64,000 nucleotides of DNA from Lama guanicoe (Eukaryota), in assembly GCA_013239625.1 (NCBI GenBank), contig MU053431.1:1266485-1330484 (forward strand), written 5' to 3'. Both the position numbers and the translations under genes were made by a program. The notes beneath the pieces are model-generated. The model was given only the letters and a program-made list of their open reading frames with translations. It made no database searches and was not told the DNA's origin. Positions 23,318 to 36,389 of this stretch are shown piece after piece (positions within the stretch are counted from its first letter, which is position 1; each line of letters begins with the position of its first letter).

Positions 23318-25877
23318 CTGGGGGGGAGGAGACGGCGTCAGGACACGTGCCCCGAAGGCCCAGACTCTCTCGGGGAGCCGGACAGCTCTGAGGAGTGAGA
23401 GGGGAAGTTGTAAACGTGCAGAGCAGACGTGCCCACAACGATGGTGCACAGGATGGAGCCAACGCAGGGCATCCTCGTGGGCTTGGAATGGCAGCTCAGA
23501 CCCATCCGTCAGCAACCAGGCAGCGAAGCTCCTGGAGCCACACTGGCAGCCCCTCGGCCACCCTGTACGGCCTGCAGATGAGGAGGCCAGGACAGCAGGC
23601 CAGGACAACAGGCCAGGGGCCTGGTGTGAGAGTGCCCACGGCTGCCCAGCACGGCCAAGTTCACAAGGCAGCAGGTGTCAGGCGAGAGGTCATGACTGGA
23701 GCCTCAGACCCCAAGCCCTGCCCTAGACCCCACAGCCAGCCCACCCCGACCCCCACTGCCTGTCTCTGGAGGCAGCCTGACCTCCTCTCCCGCCCCACGG
23801 GCTGAGCTGGGCCCCAGGGGACAGCACCCCCACAGCCGCGCCCTTGGGCTTCCCTGCCTGGAGTCCTGTGAAGCCCCAAAATCTCCTTCTTCGAGCAAGA
23901 CCCCTCTTGGATGCAAGGCCAGGTGTGCCCAGGGCGACCCAGGACGCCCACCACGGGGACACAGACACGGAGCAGCGCTCACTCTTCATGCTGCTTCAGC
24001 TAAGCTGCTGGAACGCAAATCAGAGCGGTCAGGTTTGGCACTAACATGAGCTTCAAAACCACCAACCGATTATACCTGAGACCTCACCTGGAAGAGCAGC
24101 ACACTCACGCTGAACTTCCCAGGACAGCCACTGACGGAGCCGCAGGGGCCCCACAGGCACTGAGACACCACGCTTCCCGGAGCGAGGCCTCGGCAGAGGG
24201 CGGCACCGAGCAGCCACTGAAGGACAAGGCGCCGGGCCAGGGTCGCCCGGGGAGCCGCTGCATGGCAGCCCCTGCACCCCTGCTCAGAGACTGCGCTCAA
24301 AGTGGTACCCAAGCCTGAGGACCTCCTGCCGGCCATCACGGCGGTGACATCAGGCACCCGCTCCCAAACCAAACGGTAGTCGGAGCCAACTTAGAAGTCA
24401 GAGGGTGCTGCGTCCTGGCTCCTCCAAACCCATCACGACATCAGGGAATGACAGGCCTCTCCCTGGGTTCAGGTCTACAACTCTTGACCCAGAAGAACCA
24501 CGTTCATGCCCATTAAAAGAGCTTCCCCTCAAAACAGCCCTTTTAAAAGAAACTATGCTGAAATTAAAAAAAAAAAGTCTCCTGCCAGTAACTCCCTCCA
24601 CTGAAGCCTCTGCAACCCGGGCGCCTGCTGAGGCGCAGGCGGAGCGGCCTGGAGGGCCCGGGGCAGCCGCGGGCAGTGGAGTCGGGGCTGGCCCACCGGG
24701 GGGTGACACAGCCACGCAGCCAGGCCCACAACCACGCCGGCGGCCCCGGAAGAGGGGACTCGGTGAGCGCCCAGCTGTCCCGTCTCAGACGTCCCAGGAG
24801 CCACCGCTGCAGCTGGCTGGGGAGAAGGGCAGCCGAGCAGGCCCCGCAGGCCCCACGGCTGGCAACCCCGATCTCAGACCTGCTCACGTAGCAGCTGATG
24901 TGAACACCTTGATCATCGGGTGGCTTTCTGCTTAAAAAATAATGTATGTGCGAAAAAGGAATACTTATGTAATAATACCCATGGAACAGCAACGTGGTTA
25001 TTAACATGCCGATGAAGTAAGTGGCTTTTGGACACAAACGTCTGAAAAAACGGACACTGGGGCAGAGCGCCGCGCCCTTGGCGAGAAGAAAGCTGGGGAC
25101 GGAAGCAGACGCCCACCCAGCAGCGACGGCATGACCTCACGAGAAACGTCTCGAGCAGGTACATAAAAGGTAAGCGAGAAACGGGACGGCCGCCACCGGG
25201 CATGAAGGCCGCATGGCCGCAGCCGCAGGAACACCGCGTGGCTCCCCAGGGGAGGGAGGCCGACTACACAGGGCCAGCGGGGCGGGGGCCGTCCTGGGAC
25301 ACTCTTCCCTGTCAGCCCCCCAAACCCAGTTACAACAGCTCAGTCACTGATTCAACAAAAGCAGTCAGCCGCGCACGTGGCACCCCAGGGGGTCAGAACA
25401 GACGCCAGCACCGCACACCCGCAATAACGACACTGTCACTGTCCTGGATCTTGTAAACTCCGGTTAAAACCACTCATTGCAGACAGGTAACTGTGCAGCA
25501 TCTATTCACGCAAAGGCGAAAAAACACAGCTTTGCCTCAAAATGTAACTGAAATGAGCTTTAGATGAAAGGTCACGAGGAAGCAGTCTCCTGCGCTTACC
25601 GCGGCACCTGCCACCCAGTGCCTCGAGGCCCCCGTCACCAGCCCTCTGCGTGTGCAGCTGCGGCTCAGGGGGTGGCCCAGGAAGGGCCCCGCAGCCAGCG
25701 GGTGACTGGCTCCCCTGAAGGTGCCCAGACACCGAGGGCCCACTGCACGCTCCCTGGCAGTTTGGCTTCAACAGTGGCCGAGAAAAGAGCTGCACAGACA
25801 CTTCTCTGGCCCTTAAATCAGGGAAGGAGACGTCCGCCCTGTCACAGCACACGTAACTTCTATTTCAGAGGCCCCTC

Positions 25878-25995
25878 GGGGGTGAGGGTGCAGCTCAGCA
25901 GTGGGGCGCACACGGGGTACTGGGTTCAATCCCTGGTGCCTCCATTAATAAATAAATAAACCCAGTTACCTCCCCCCAAAAATTAAAACAAAAAA
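25878..25995 (+). mobile_element. tRNA-derived SINE (Vic-1-like)
   Basis: ggggtgagggtgcagctcagcagtgg...gggttcaatccctggtgcctcc, (aata)n tail, degenerate TSD ttcagaggcccctc / tccaaaggcccttc. Confidence 0.8.
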
Positions 25996-28304
25996 TCCAA
26001 AGGCCCTTCAGACTCCCTGAAGGCAGTGAACAGGTGAGGCAGGAGCCAGGGACCAGGCCGCCCCTCCTGACCCAGCCAACCCCCCGGCCCAGGCCGCCGC
26101 CTGCACCCCTCACCCCCAGGTCCCCTCTTCCACTCGGGGCACTCTAAAACCATAACCAGACAATTGCATGACCCACAGTCATGACGCATGCAGTTCAAGC
26201 AGCCAGAAAACAACTCAGGTTTTCTCTTTAAATAACTTTCCTGTCTTTCTCAGTAAAGAGCAAGTATTTATGTCAGGAAACCAAGAACTGTGGAGATGCA
26301 CAAGGAACACAGAAGCCTCCTGAGCCTCCGCTGGCTGATTCCCTTGCGTTCCCGGGCCCACGTGCAGATGTGTGACAGCTGTGGTTTGATGACCATAAAG
26401 AAAACTGAGGTCATTTTGATGATACCCAGTTTGGTATTTTCTTCTTTTCAAAACCACAATCTTCAGTGGCTACGTGATATTTCATACAAAATACATTCAC
26501 AACTCCTTCATTGGTGAGGACAGGCTACTTTCTATTTTTTGTTACTGTGGAAGCACAGGTGTTTAAACTACAACGCGCAGCACAAAACCGGCACCAGAAG
26601 TTTGAAGGCACCCTGCGTGGTGGTGACCGAGCCCCCGTGTGCTCGGAGTAACAGGCCGTGGCGCCCGCCTGCAGAGCCAGCGAGCCACCCCCACCCCGCG
26701 GGACCAGCCCGCGAGCTCTGTGGGGCGCCGTGTCCCCCGAGCCTGAGCACAGCCAATGGCTCCTGAAGACTGAATCCCACCGTCCCTCACGCACCTGAGT
26801 TCAAGGTCAACTCGCGTGCTCTTCCCCATCGTGAGTGGTTCCCATCCCTTTCATGTCAACATTTTTCACTGTATTTTCAGCCAAAATGTAGGTCAGCCAA
26901 AGCTACACAGAGTCAACAGGCATTTTCCGGCTGGCCAGGGAACCTCTACCTGGAAGACATCACTCGTGGGCAAACACTCCTCAGCACAACCTTCAGGGGC
27001 TCCAGGCCCCGACCTCACCCTGTCCCACAAGCCTCCTTCCCCTGGGCTCGGGGGCCCACGGCCCAGGGAACGGCGGCTGTGATGGCACGAGCAGGGACCA
27101 GCAGCCGGGTCAGAGACCAGGCCCAGCCCTCACCACCACCCCCAAGGCTCCCAGCACTGTCCCCTGCCAGGCTGCGCTGAGGGGCTGCAAAGACGGGGAC
27201 AGAGGGCAGGCCCCCACAATCAACGGGCCCCCAACCCCCGATATGGACACTAAAGCCGCAGAGAAACGCCGCCCACCCTGTGACACAGCCTAGAACGCAC
27301 TCCTGAGGGCTGCGCCCGCTCAGCGTGTCCGCGGGTGCGGGGAGCTGGGTGGCCTCCCCGAGGCCGTACAGCCCCAGACCAGGGTGGACGGTGGCCCTCC
27401 TGCCATGCCCCCTCCCCTAGCCCTGCCTGAGCCCCCCTCCAGCAGGCCCCACCTACACCAGCCGGGTCCCCCAGCTACACCAGTGTAAGCAGACTCGGCA
27501 AGACGCCAACTCGGAGCCTGGGAAGCAGCTTTACATTCAGCCTAAATGGGCCTTTTACTCTTTCGGCTGTTCGTCTTTTAAATCACCCAAAGTGCGTGCT
27601 GAATCCTGCAGAAGCCCTGACCGCTGAAAAGCTGGCGGTGCGGGGGTGGTTTAAGATGTGAGTGGGCGGGGCGCCTGTGTCCTGACTGCACATCCCCCCA
27701 GACCTCAGCTTGGAGGGAGGGCAGAGCATGCTGCCACCCTGCAAGGGCCCAGTTCACGTCCAGTTCACCAGGGGACTGGGCCCCAGCCCCGGGTCCCAGG
27801 GTTTCCCTCCTTCAAGAGCATCTGGTCAGTGTCCTGCCTGACCACGCCGTGGGAACACTCCTCCCCACCTCGTCCACAACACCGCACAATTCCGACCACC
27901 GTTCCTGAAAACTCTCTCTCCCCCCGAAGCAAGACGCCGGCGGGGGGGCGAGGGTCAAGCAGGGACACAACCTCGGCGGTGAAGGAGGCCCAGCCCCGAC
28001 CCGGGGCCCTCTTCTCCGCGAAGGCTCATCTTACTTCTTCAAGGGGCATCTGCGCGAAACGGCAGACGCGCAGCACGTGTTGCTTCTAAAACCGGTTTCC
28101 CACTAAGCCAGATGTTTTCTGTTTCATCGTTTCAGGGAGCAAATTTAAGGCTCAAAGCAGGAACAGCACGGGAGGAAGTGCCGGTGCTGAAGTCTAGGAG
28201 CAGCGATGTGGCTGCATTTGTGAACATCCCGCTGCAGGCGAAGCACCTGCAGCTCCCGCCCACCCAAAAGCTGCTGCGAAGTCACACACTGCAACTCGCA
28301 CGCT

Positions 28305-29540
28305 GACAACTACAAAAACAGGCTGAGAGAAATTAAGGAAGACCTAAGTCAGTGAAGAGATTCACCACGCCTTGTTCACGGGCTGGGAAACTCAGACGGT
28401 TGAGATGTCAACTCCCCTCAAACTCATCTGCAGGTGTAGCACAGTCCCCCCGAATCCCGGCAGCCATGCGTGTGGGAACAGACACGTCTACTCTAAACTC
28501 ACAGAGAAATGCAAAGGTCCGCAAGCTCCAAAATGCTATCGAAAAGAGCAAGAGTCAGAGGACTGGCACTGCCTGTCTCAGAGATGTGCTAGAAAGCCAC
28601 AAGGGTCAGGGCGGAGAGCTGACACCAAGTTAAACAGCAGATCAGTGGGACGCAACGGAGTCCAGGAACAGCCTGCACACACGTGGACAGCTGGGTTTTG
28701 GCAAAAATACAAAGGAAATTCAGCAAAAAAATAACAAGTCTTTTCAAAAAACAGGGAACAAGCGAACATCCATACGAAAAACACTGGCTGGAAGCCACAC
28801 CTCACGCTACGCACCAACACCACCTCGAAGGGAATCCCAGGCGTGAATGCAAGCCCCAACCCTCGAACACTCCCGGACAAAGACACAGGGAAGAGCTCGA
28901 CGCGGGTTATGCAAAGACGTTCCAGATATACCACCAGGAAAACACCCGTGAAGGAACAAGCTAACGAACTGGACTCGCCGAACCTCAAAACGCCTGCTCT
29001 TCAGAAGACACCACTGCGCAGAGAGACAGGCCCTGGGCGGCAGCACCTCTGCAGGGCGTGGAGCTGGTCGCGTCCGGAGCACGCAGAACCTAAACTCCAC
29101 GCGAGAAAACAAACCGCCTGGGACTGGCAGGGGCAAGAGAGTTAAACAGACGCTCCACCAGAGAAGACACACAGAGGCAAAGCAGCAGGGAATGCACGCT
29201 CAGCGTCGCTGCTCATCAGGAGCCTGCGAATTAACCCCACAACGCAATGCCGCTGCACGCCCTCCAAATGGCCGAGAGTAGAAGGACGGACCATCCCAGG
29301 GCCCGAGGAGGCAGGGGAGGGATCAGGGTTCGCAACGTACCCTGCGGTTCCCTATAGAGCTCAACCCTCCCACCCCTAGGTGCTCAAACAAGAGAAGACG
29401 AAGAACAAGCCCCTGCAAAAGCCCCAAACGGGAAATACACCAAACGTGCAGCAGCAGGCGAGGACAACTTCCGACCCACCCACACGACAGAACAGCACTC
29501 CCAGGTGAAACGGGACGAGCTGACACACGAGCAACCAGGA
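28305..29540 (+). mobile_element. Old L1 ORF2 fragment, strongly GC-shifted
   Basis: acaactacaaaaacaggctgagagaaattaaggaagacctaag, acaagtcttttcaaaaaacaggg, gttaaacagacgctccaccagagaagacacacagaggcaa. Confidence 0.75.
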
Positions 29541-31954
29541 TGAACCTGCCGCCGCAGAGGAGGAGCCTGTGGAGACCCTGCCCCACAGAGCTTCGGCTCT
29601 GGGAGTGGGGCGATCCCCCCCACCACAGCCCCCGCCGCCCTGCAGCCTCACCTCGAGAATGCTGGCCACCGGCTCCGCCACGCACACAGGGCCGCCACCT
29701 GGAACGCTCCTCCTCCCCTGGTCACCTCCCTACTCATCGCGGACCCCTCCCCACCATCTGGGGTGCCATGAGCCCCACTTCAGCAGCTGGGCTCCCTGAA
29801 GTGCTGGACCCAACACCCTGCACTCCCATGGCCTCCCGCACCTGCGTGTGTCTCTAGTCTTCCTTAAACCAGCTTATGCTGGAGATGGAGCTCTCTTACA
29901 AATTATAATCCAAAGCTGCAGACACTCTTCCCCACGGTGAGCTGTGTGCTAAGGCATCGAGGCTATAAAGCGCTTTCTTTACCTAATGACTCCAACAACA
30001 CACACCAAAGGCGCAGGGCGCAGCCTCGTACCTGTGAACGCTAACCCCGTCAGCTACAGTTTAAATTGCTTTGATAAAACTGCAGGAACAGGTAAGTCTA
30101 GAGGCCGAGCACAGAGGTGTTAACTGTGTTAGTCTTCCAAGTTTCAAATTGCTCAAAATGAAAACTGGAGGCGGGAAGTGCTCCGCTATCTGGAGACGCC
30201 ACTGCAGGTGACATGAGCAGGGAGGGCCAGGCCCACAGGTGCTCCCAGGAACCCAACTTGCGCCGGAGCTCGGAGACCAGCCATGTAGCGGGAGCCCTGC
30301 TACCTTCATGCTGCCAGGGGTCTAAAACAGGGTGGAAACCAAAGACCCACGGTGTCTGGGGCTGACCCAGGGTCACGTCGAGGTAAAGTGTGTGTACGGA
30401 GCTGGCCACGGATCGGGGCCGGCGCTTACAGACAGCGCACACAGCTGGGAGGGCCGGGGCGGGGTGCAGGCCAGGCCCCAGGAGGGGAATGAGAGCGGGG
30501 GACACGCTTACCCATGCCGCCCGGAGCCAGTAGAGCGCGTCAACAGGCCGAGTTTCCAGCCCACTCAACTGAGCAGGTGCGGTAAATGGAATGACCACCC
30601 CAGGGGTGAAGTCTCCCCAAAACTACAGAGCACAGTTCTCTTACACAGAAATCTAACACTAACTTAAGTTTGCCTGGCGTGGGGGCAGACAATTTACGAC
30701 AGCCCGTCATTCAAGAATTCCGGCAGTAAAGCCCCGCCGAGCGGCGCGCATGCCCACTTTTCCCTGAATCTTCTCTCCTCGGCCGTGTCCGCACCAGCCA
30801 GTGCGGGGGCCTGCAGGCCACACCTCACGCTCCCCTCCCGCCTCAGGCTGAGCACGGCCGTCTTAGCGGAGAAGCACCAAAATCCATCAACAGCGTCACT
30901 CTTCCTACCTGAGGCCCACAGAAAAGAAACCTGTTTCAGACCACACCCCCCAGCCAGGGACCAGCCAGGGCCAAGAAAACCCAGCCGGTGGCTGCTGTCA
31001 GGGCTGCTGGCGCAAATGCACACGTGCGCTTTCCCGGGCTGGCAGGGCTTCCAAAGCTGGCGGTTAGGAAAGGTGTCCGAAATGTCTGACTGAGACAAGA
31101 CAAAAATCCAAAAAGCCCAGGACAGGCTGATGCCTCCTGCCCTCTGCCTTCAAGTCGGCTTTCCCACCCAACCCTGGTAACGCGCCCCCCCCACCACTCG
31201 GGGTCGAGTGCCAGGCCCCCGCACGTTACTTTGACTTCTCACTCCGTACGGTGACTTTCTAAGTCTTGAGGACACTGAGTCACGGTTCTAAGAAAGTGCC
31301 CGCTGGAGCTGCTCAGGACTGTGGTGAAGAACTCACGTGTGCTCACACACAGGCACACGTCCACAGACCTGCTCCCCACAGGACGGGGGGGGGGCAGGGG
31401 AGCAGGGAGGGATGCGGATCTGTCCTGACATCAAGCCTCTCCATACAGGTTGGAATTTTGTAATGGACCTGTTTAGCGTGCAATTTCTGCGGGGAAAAAA
31501 ATTGTATCCAAAAACTTGACTACACTGCCAGTAACCACAACTGTCTTACCTACTTTAAAAATTGGCCAGAAGCTCTTATCAAGCAACTCCTGAAAGCAAC
31601 CCAAAGGGCCGACACCAGAGACCTCAGCCTCACCAACAGGCCGGGGGAGGCAAGGGGGAGGCACTTCAGGTGGCCAGCCCGCCCTCCAGGCTCGCTCAGC
31701 TGGGCCTCCACGCCGGCTCGGGCAGGGGCGGCGCAGGCACACACCACGGGTCTCTTCCAGCAGCACCAGCCCCGTTACCTATGCCTGTCCCTTGACCCAG
31801 CGGTTTCAGTTCCAGTCCCCGTGTAGTGGGACACGCGCCTCCATATCGCTCCACGGCACTCCACCTGTGTGCCGGAGGGGATGCGAGTCCTCGACGTACC
31901 AGTGACATGAAGAGACAACTGCAGGACAGCACACATGGCTGGTTCACGTAAAAG

Positions 31955-32170
31955 TCACGCATGTACGTTTAGTTCTGCACTTGAGAGGTGAAAACCTGTG
32001 GTCAAGACACACCTAAGGGAACTACACCGGCATCTTGTAATAGCATGTAATGGGAAGGAATACACTAAAGAACATGTGAACATACACACAACTGCGTCAC
32101 TGTGCTTGTGCTGGACACCAGGAACAAACACAACATTGTAAATCAACTACACTTCAATAAAAGCTTAAAA
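31955..32170 (+). mobile_element. L1 3' end fragment, same family as 62274-62670
   Basis: gggaactacaccggcatcttgtaatagc...aacattgtaaatcaactacacttcaataaaa, homologous to the 62.5-62.67 kb sequence. Confidence 0.75.
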
Positions 32171-35099
32171 ACAAAGAGATACACCTAAGAGTGTGTACGT
32201 CTCAGGAGAGGGGACACAGGGGTGCGCTGCTTGCAGATCTGTAAACCAGCACTACAGTCACTTTGCGAAACCACAGAAAGGAAAACAGCGCCAAGAAGTG
32301 CTGGGGCGACAGGCTGCTTGTGGGGGTTCACACTCCCCAGGCCCCGAGGTTCCCTCAACCCCCCAGGGCCACCTCCCCCTCCCTCTTCCCCACGGCCACC
32401 ACCAAGGGGTGCCACCTGCCTGGCTCAAGGTGGCCAGTGGCCCATGTACTGTCCCACCCCCAGTCCTGGACACTCCATCCCTGCCTCCCATGTCCTGGGG
32501 TGGCCAGGGCCTTGTACTCCACAATCAACACTGAGGACGGTCTAAGGGCCCTGCTCTGCGAGTGAGGGCTCCGCGCTCCGTGCCTTCAGACACCTCACTC
32601 CTTTTCCGGGTGTACAGGGAGACTGCTGTTCCCCCAGAGACGTGGCTCCCCTGGCGACACAGCAGGATGGAGGGCAAGCTCTCTCCTCCAACCTCCCCAC
32701 GACACGGTGTCAGCTCCCTTTACCTCCTGCTGTCCTCACAAGTGCCCGAGCACACTTCACAGAAAGCCCTCGTCCCCACTGATACATGCGCAGTAGTCGG
32801 GGAATGACCTCTGTGCCCCTGGCAGGCTTCTCTGCGCACCTTTCCGTGGAACACCTGCTGAGAAGAGAGAGCCTCGGGCCCGATACCACTTCTGCTTCGC
32901 TTATATCCTCATTTTAATCAGCCAACGCTGGTTTCTCATTTTCCCACCTTTGTAAAACCCCTGAAGAGGGCCTCAGGGGCTTCTCCTCTGGGGCCCTGGA
33001 CCCTTGGCCGAGGCGGCCGAGGATGAGGTGTTAGGCATCCAAACCCCACTCTCCAGCACCGGAGCCCGTGGCCCAGAGTCTGCGAGTCAGCCGCCAGGGC
33101 GGCCCTCCCGTGAGGACAGCGAGCACACTGGCTGGGCCCAGTCGACCCCCTTCAGTTTCCTGAACCCCCGGTATGAAGCCTGAGCGTATTCTACTCCGGT
33201 CTTGTCCGAAGCTACATATTCTGCACTAACAGAGAACCTGTATCCAGGCACAATTTTACTGCATTCTCTCCCATCTGAGGATTCTGGGCCCCAAACAATG
33301 CTTTGGCTCCCCAGCTTTGACTAGCAGAAGTCAACCCGTGCCCCACCCCCAAACACACGCACGGCCCACGGGGCCCAGGGCGGGGACTTCTGCGCTCACC
33401 CCGGTTTCACCCTGTCCTTCCTGTGTCTTCCACATCCCAACTTTCTCTGAACTTCACCGGCTGTTCTTTTTATCGTTCACTTAAGTTCCTTCTAGAGTCT
33501 GTGTAAATAAACAGAGGAGAACAAACGAAACCGCAAGGGTGCAGCCTGGAGGCAGGGCCCCGAGAACCACCTCCCTCTGCAAAGGGCGCCGTGTCAAGAG
33601 CACCTGCACCAGGCGGAGGGAGCACGGGACCCTGTGGAGAAACACGCTGGACCTTTGCCGAGATCAGTGAGCAGGGGAAGGGGGCCTCCTCTCAGAGCCA
33701 CACACGCCGGCACTCTGCTCAGCAAGCTCCACCCGGATGGGCGGGTCAGTACCAGCTTCTCTAACCTAAAACCCACAGGTCTGTCCAGACTAGGACAAAC
33801 GTCCCCACCCTCACGTGTTCACCTGCTCATCAAGCTGGCATTTGGCCCAAGAGGCCACAGAAGAGGGATTCAACTCAAAGAGTCAGAGGCGGGGACAGCC
33901 GCCCAGGCCGCAGGGCGCGGCTCCGGGGGCCAGGCCGGCCCCCCCAGGGCCTGGGTCGGCGGCAGCTGAGCCAGGCTCACGGCGGCTGCCGGCCCGTTGT
34001 GGGCACCTCAGACCAGGGCCACCCTGCGTGCAGGCTCACGGGCACGGAGGTCGGGTGGCCGATGCCGCACACCTCGCGTGATTTACAACACAACTCCAGC
34101 TCCCCAAATTCAACTACCTGGCAACCCCGCTTATTAGAACACCCCCGAGAGGAAGGAGCAAAGCAAGGGACCCCGACCTCCACCCACTCCCTCCCTCAGC
34201 TAGCCGGCCAGTACTGACCAAGGACCGCTAGGTTCCAGACGGGACCGGGCACCGACAGAAACCAGCGACACCAGCCTGGGGCTTCCCGCGGGGTGAGGAA
34301 GGCAGGCACCAGCCAACAGACCACACATCCAGTCAGCGCTCCAGCCAGTCAGTGTGGTCACCAAGCTACTGGCTGCACACCCACAATCAGCCAGTGAAGG
34401 GTGTGCAGCCCAGGGATGTGCCTGGACTAACCCATGGGCCTGAACGGTCTCCTGAAGGAAGCCACGTGGAAACGACCGGGAAGGTAGGGCGGGGACAAGC
34501 TGGCAGGACTGGGGATGGGGACACCCCGCGTCCCAGCTAGGGAAGCAAAGCCAACCAAGGGACACGCTGAGGGAGGAACAAGGGGACCCAGGGGGCTGAG
34601 ATCCAGGCCCAAGAGCACGAGGCCACGGGAGGGCCCCCAGGCCGAGCAGGAGGCGGTGGGGACCGGGCATCCCAGCAATGGCATCAGTCTCCAGGAAGCC
34701 TCGGGGCGCAGCCAGGAAGCCAGAGGCCTGAGGAGGAGAGGGAAGGTGGGGAGAAGGGGCTAATGAAACACAACGGAAGGCAATCCCACAGCTGCAGAAA
34801 TGGCACTTGATAAGCTCGAAATCCACTCATGCCTAAAATACGAGAAAAGCAAACAACTTCAGAAAACAAGGAGCCTCCCTAACCTGATGAAGTGAGTCCC
34901 CAGACTCTCCCTCCAAGGGAGCCAGGCGAGCGACAGGCGCAGAGCAAGGGTGCCGGACGGCACCCCTCCCGTGCGGCACCGCGACAGAGGCCCCAGCAAG
35001 CCCCAAAGGCCAGAGGACACGCGGAGAAGCGGGAACGTGCGGAGCTGAGTGACACTCAACTGTCCTCAGCTGCAGAGAACACCCCAAAACCTGCACACA

Positions 35100-36375
35100 C
35101 CGTTTAGTGAAAGGGTCTGATGACACTGTTAGACATGAGCTTAATATCCAACATTCTACTACAATTCAGCACTTCGTCAACAAAGAATTAGCAACTGTGA
35201 TGTTAAAAAGACTACTATTTACAATGAGAGGAATAAACTGAGAGTATCCTGGGATAAATCTAACGAAGTATGTACAAACACCTACAGGGAAAAATACACA
35301 AAACTTGACTGAAAGGTTACTACAGAAGATCCAAGTGGAGCGATAGGCCACATTCATGAACACACAAACACCGAACCGGAGTGGCATATCCTCCCTGAAC
35401 AGACCCACAGGTCAGTGCAATTCTGATCAAAATAACCTGAAGGAACTTTCCTGAGCCTCAAAGAGCTGATGCAAAAATTCACCAGCAAGATCAACATTCC
35501 AAGGCTAGCACAGACAATTCTCAGGAAGAATCCAGTGGGGTCCTGGGCCAGCAGAGGCAGTCAGCACGAAGCTCTCCTGCTGATGGACAGGACGGTACTG
35601 ACAAAGCCATAAACCAGGAGAGAACCACCCAGAAACAGACCCCTGCATAGCATGAAACCTCAAATGTTACAGAAAAGAAGTGCAGATCAGTGAGGTGGAG
35701 GCCACCCAGAGAAGGAAGGCCAGGACAACTCTTCATCCAAACGGAAAATAAAAACAGAACTACCACAACACACGCGAGTCTCATTCCAGGAGGACTGAAG
35801 ACACAAAAGTGGAAGCAAACACTAAAATCTTAGAAGAAAATAGAGGAGACTACTCTAGGACCTTAGGGTTGGAAAGAACTTCTTGAACATGATTGGAAAA
35901 GGTGTTTGCCATAAAGAAAAAGACAGATTCAGCTACATTAAAATCAAGCACTCCTATTCATCAGAAGACACCATTAAGGAAGTGAAAGCTGTAAGCTGAA
36001 AAAACTTGCTGGTCACCTATACAGCCCACATAGTAAAGGAACTGCAACCAAGACACAGACAGATTTCCCAGGAATTCATGAGAAAGTCCGAAAGAAAACT
36101 GGACAAAAAGACAAACACAAGACATCCCACAAAAGGACACCCATAAACGGCAGCAAGCACACAAGATGACGCCACCTCCTGCGGGCTGGAGAAGGAAATG
36201 AGAACTACGGTGACACTGTGACGGCACCTCACCTGCAGTAGGTCTGGGGCACTGAGCAGCCCGACGATGCCCAGCGCGCCAGGGACGCGGAGGCCCAGAG
36301 CCCGCCGGTCGGCAGGCTGACGGTGCGGCCGGCGCTCCTCGCGCCGGAGCCAGGCGGCCGCCGCCCTCGCCAGCT
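35100..36375 (+). mobile_element. Old L1 ORF2 fragment
   Basis: tatcctgggataaatctaacgaagtatgtacaa, aaatcttagaagaaaatagaggagactactct, ctacattaaaatcaagcactcctattcatcagaagacacc; 3' part is GC-shifted. Confidence 0.75.
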
Positions 36376-36389
36376 CACACAGAAATGCT

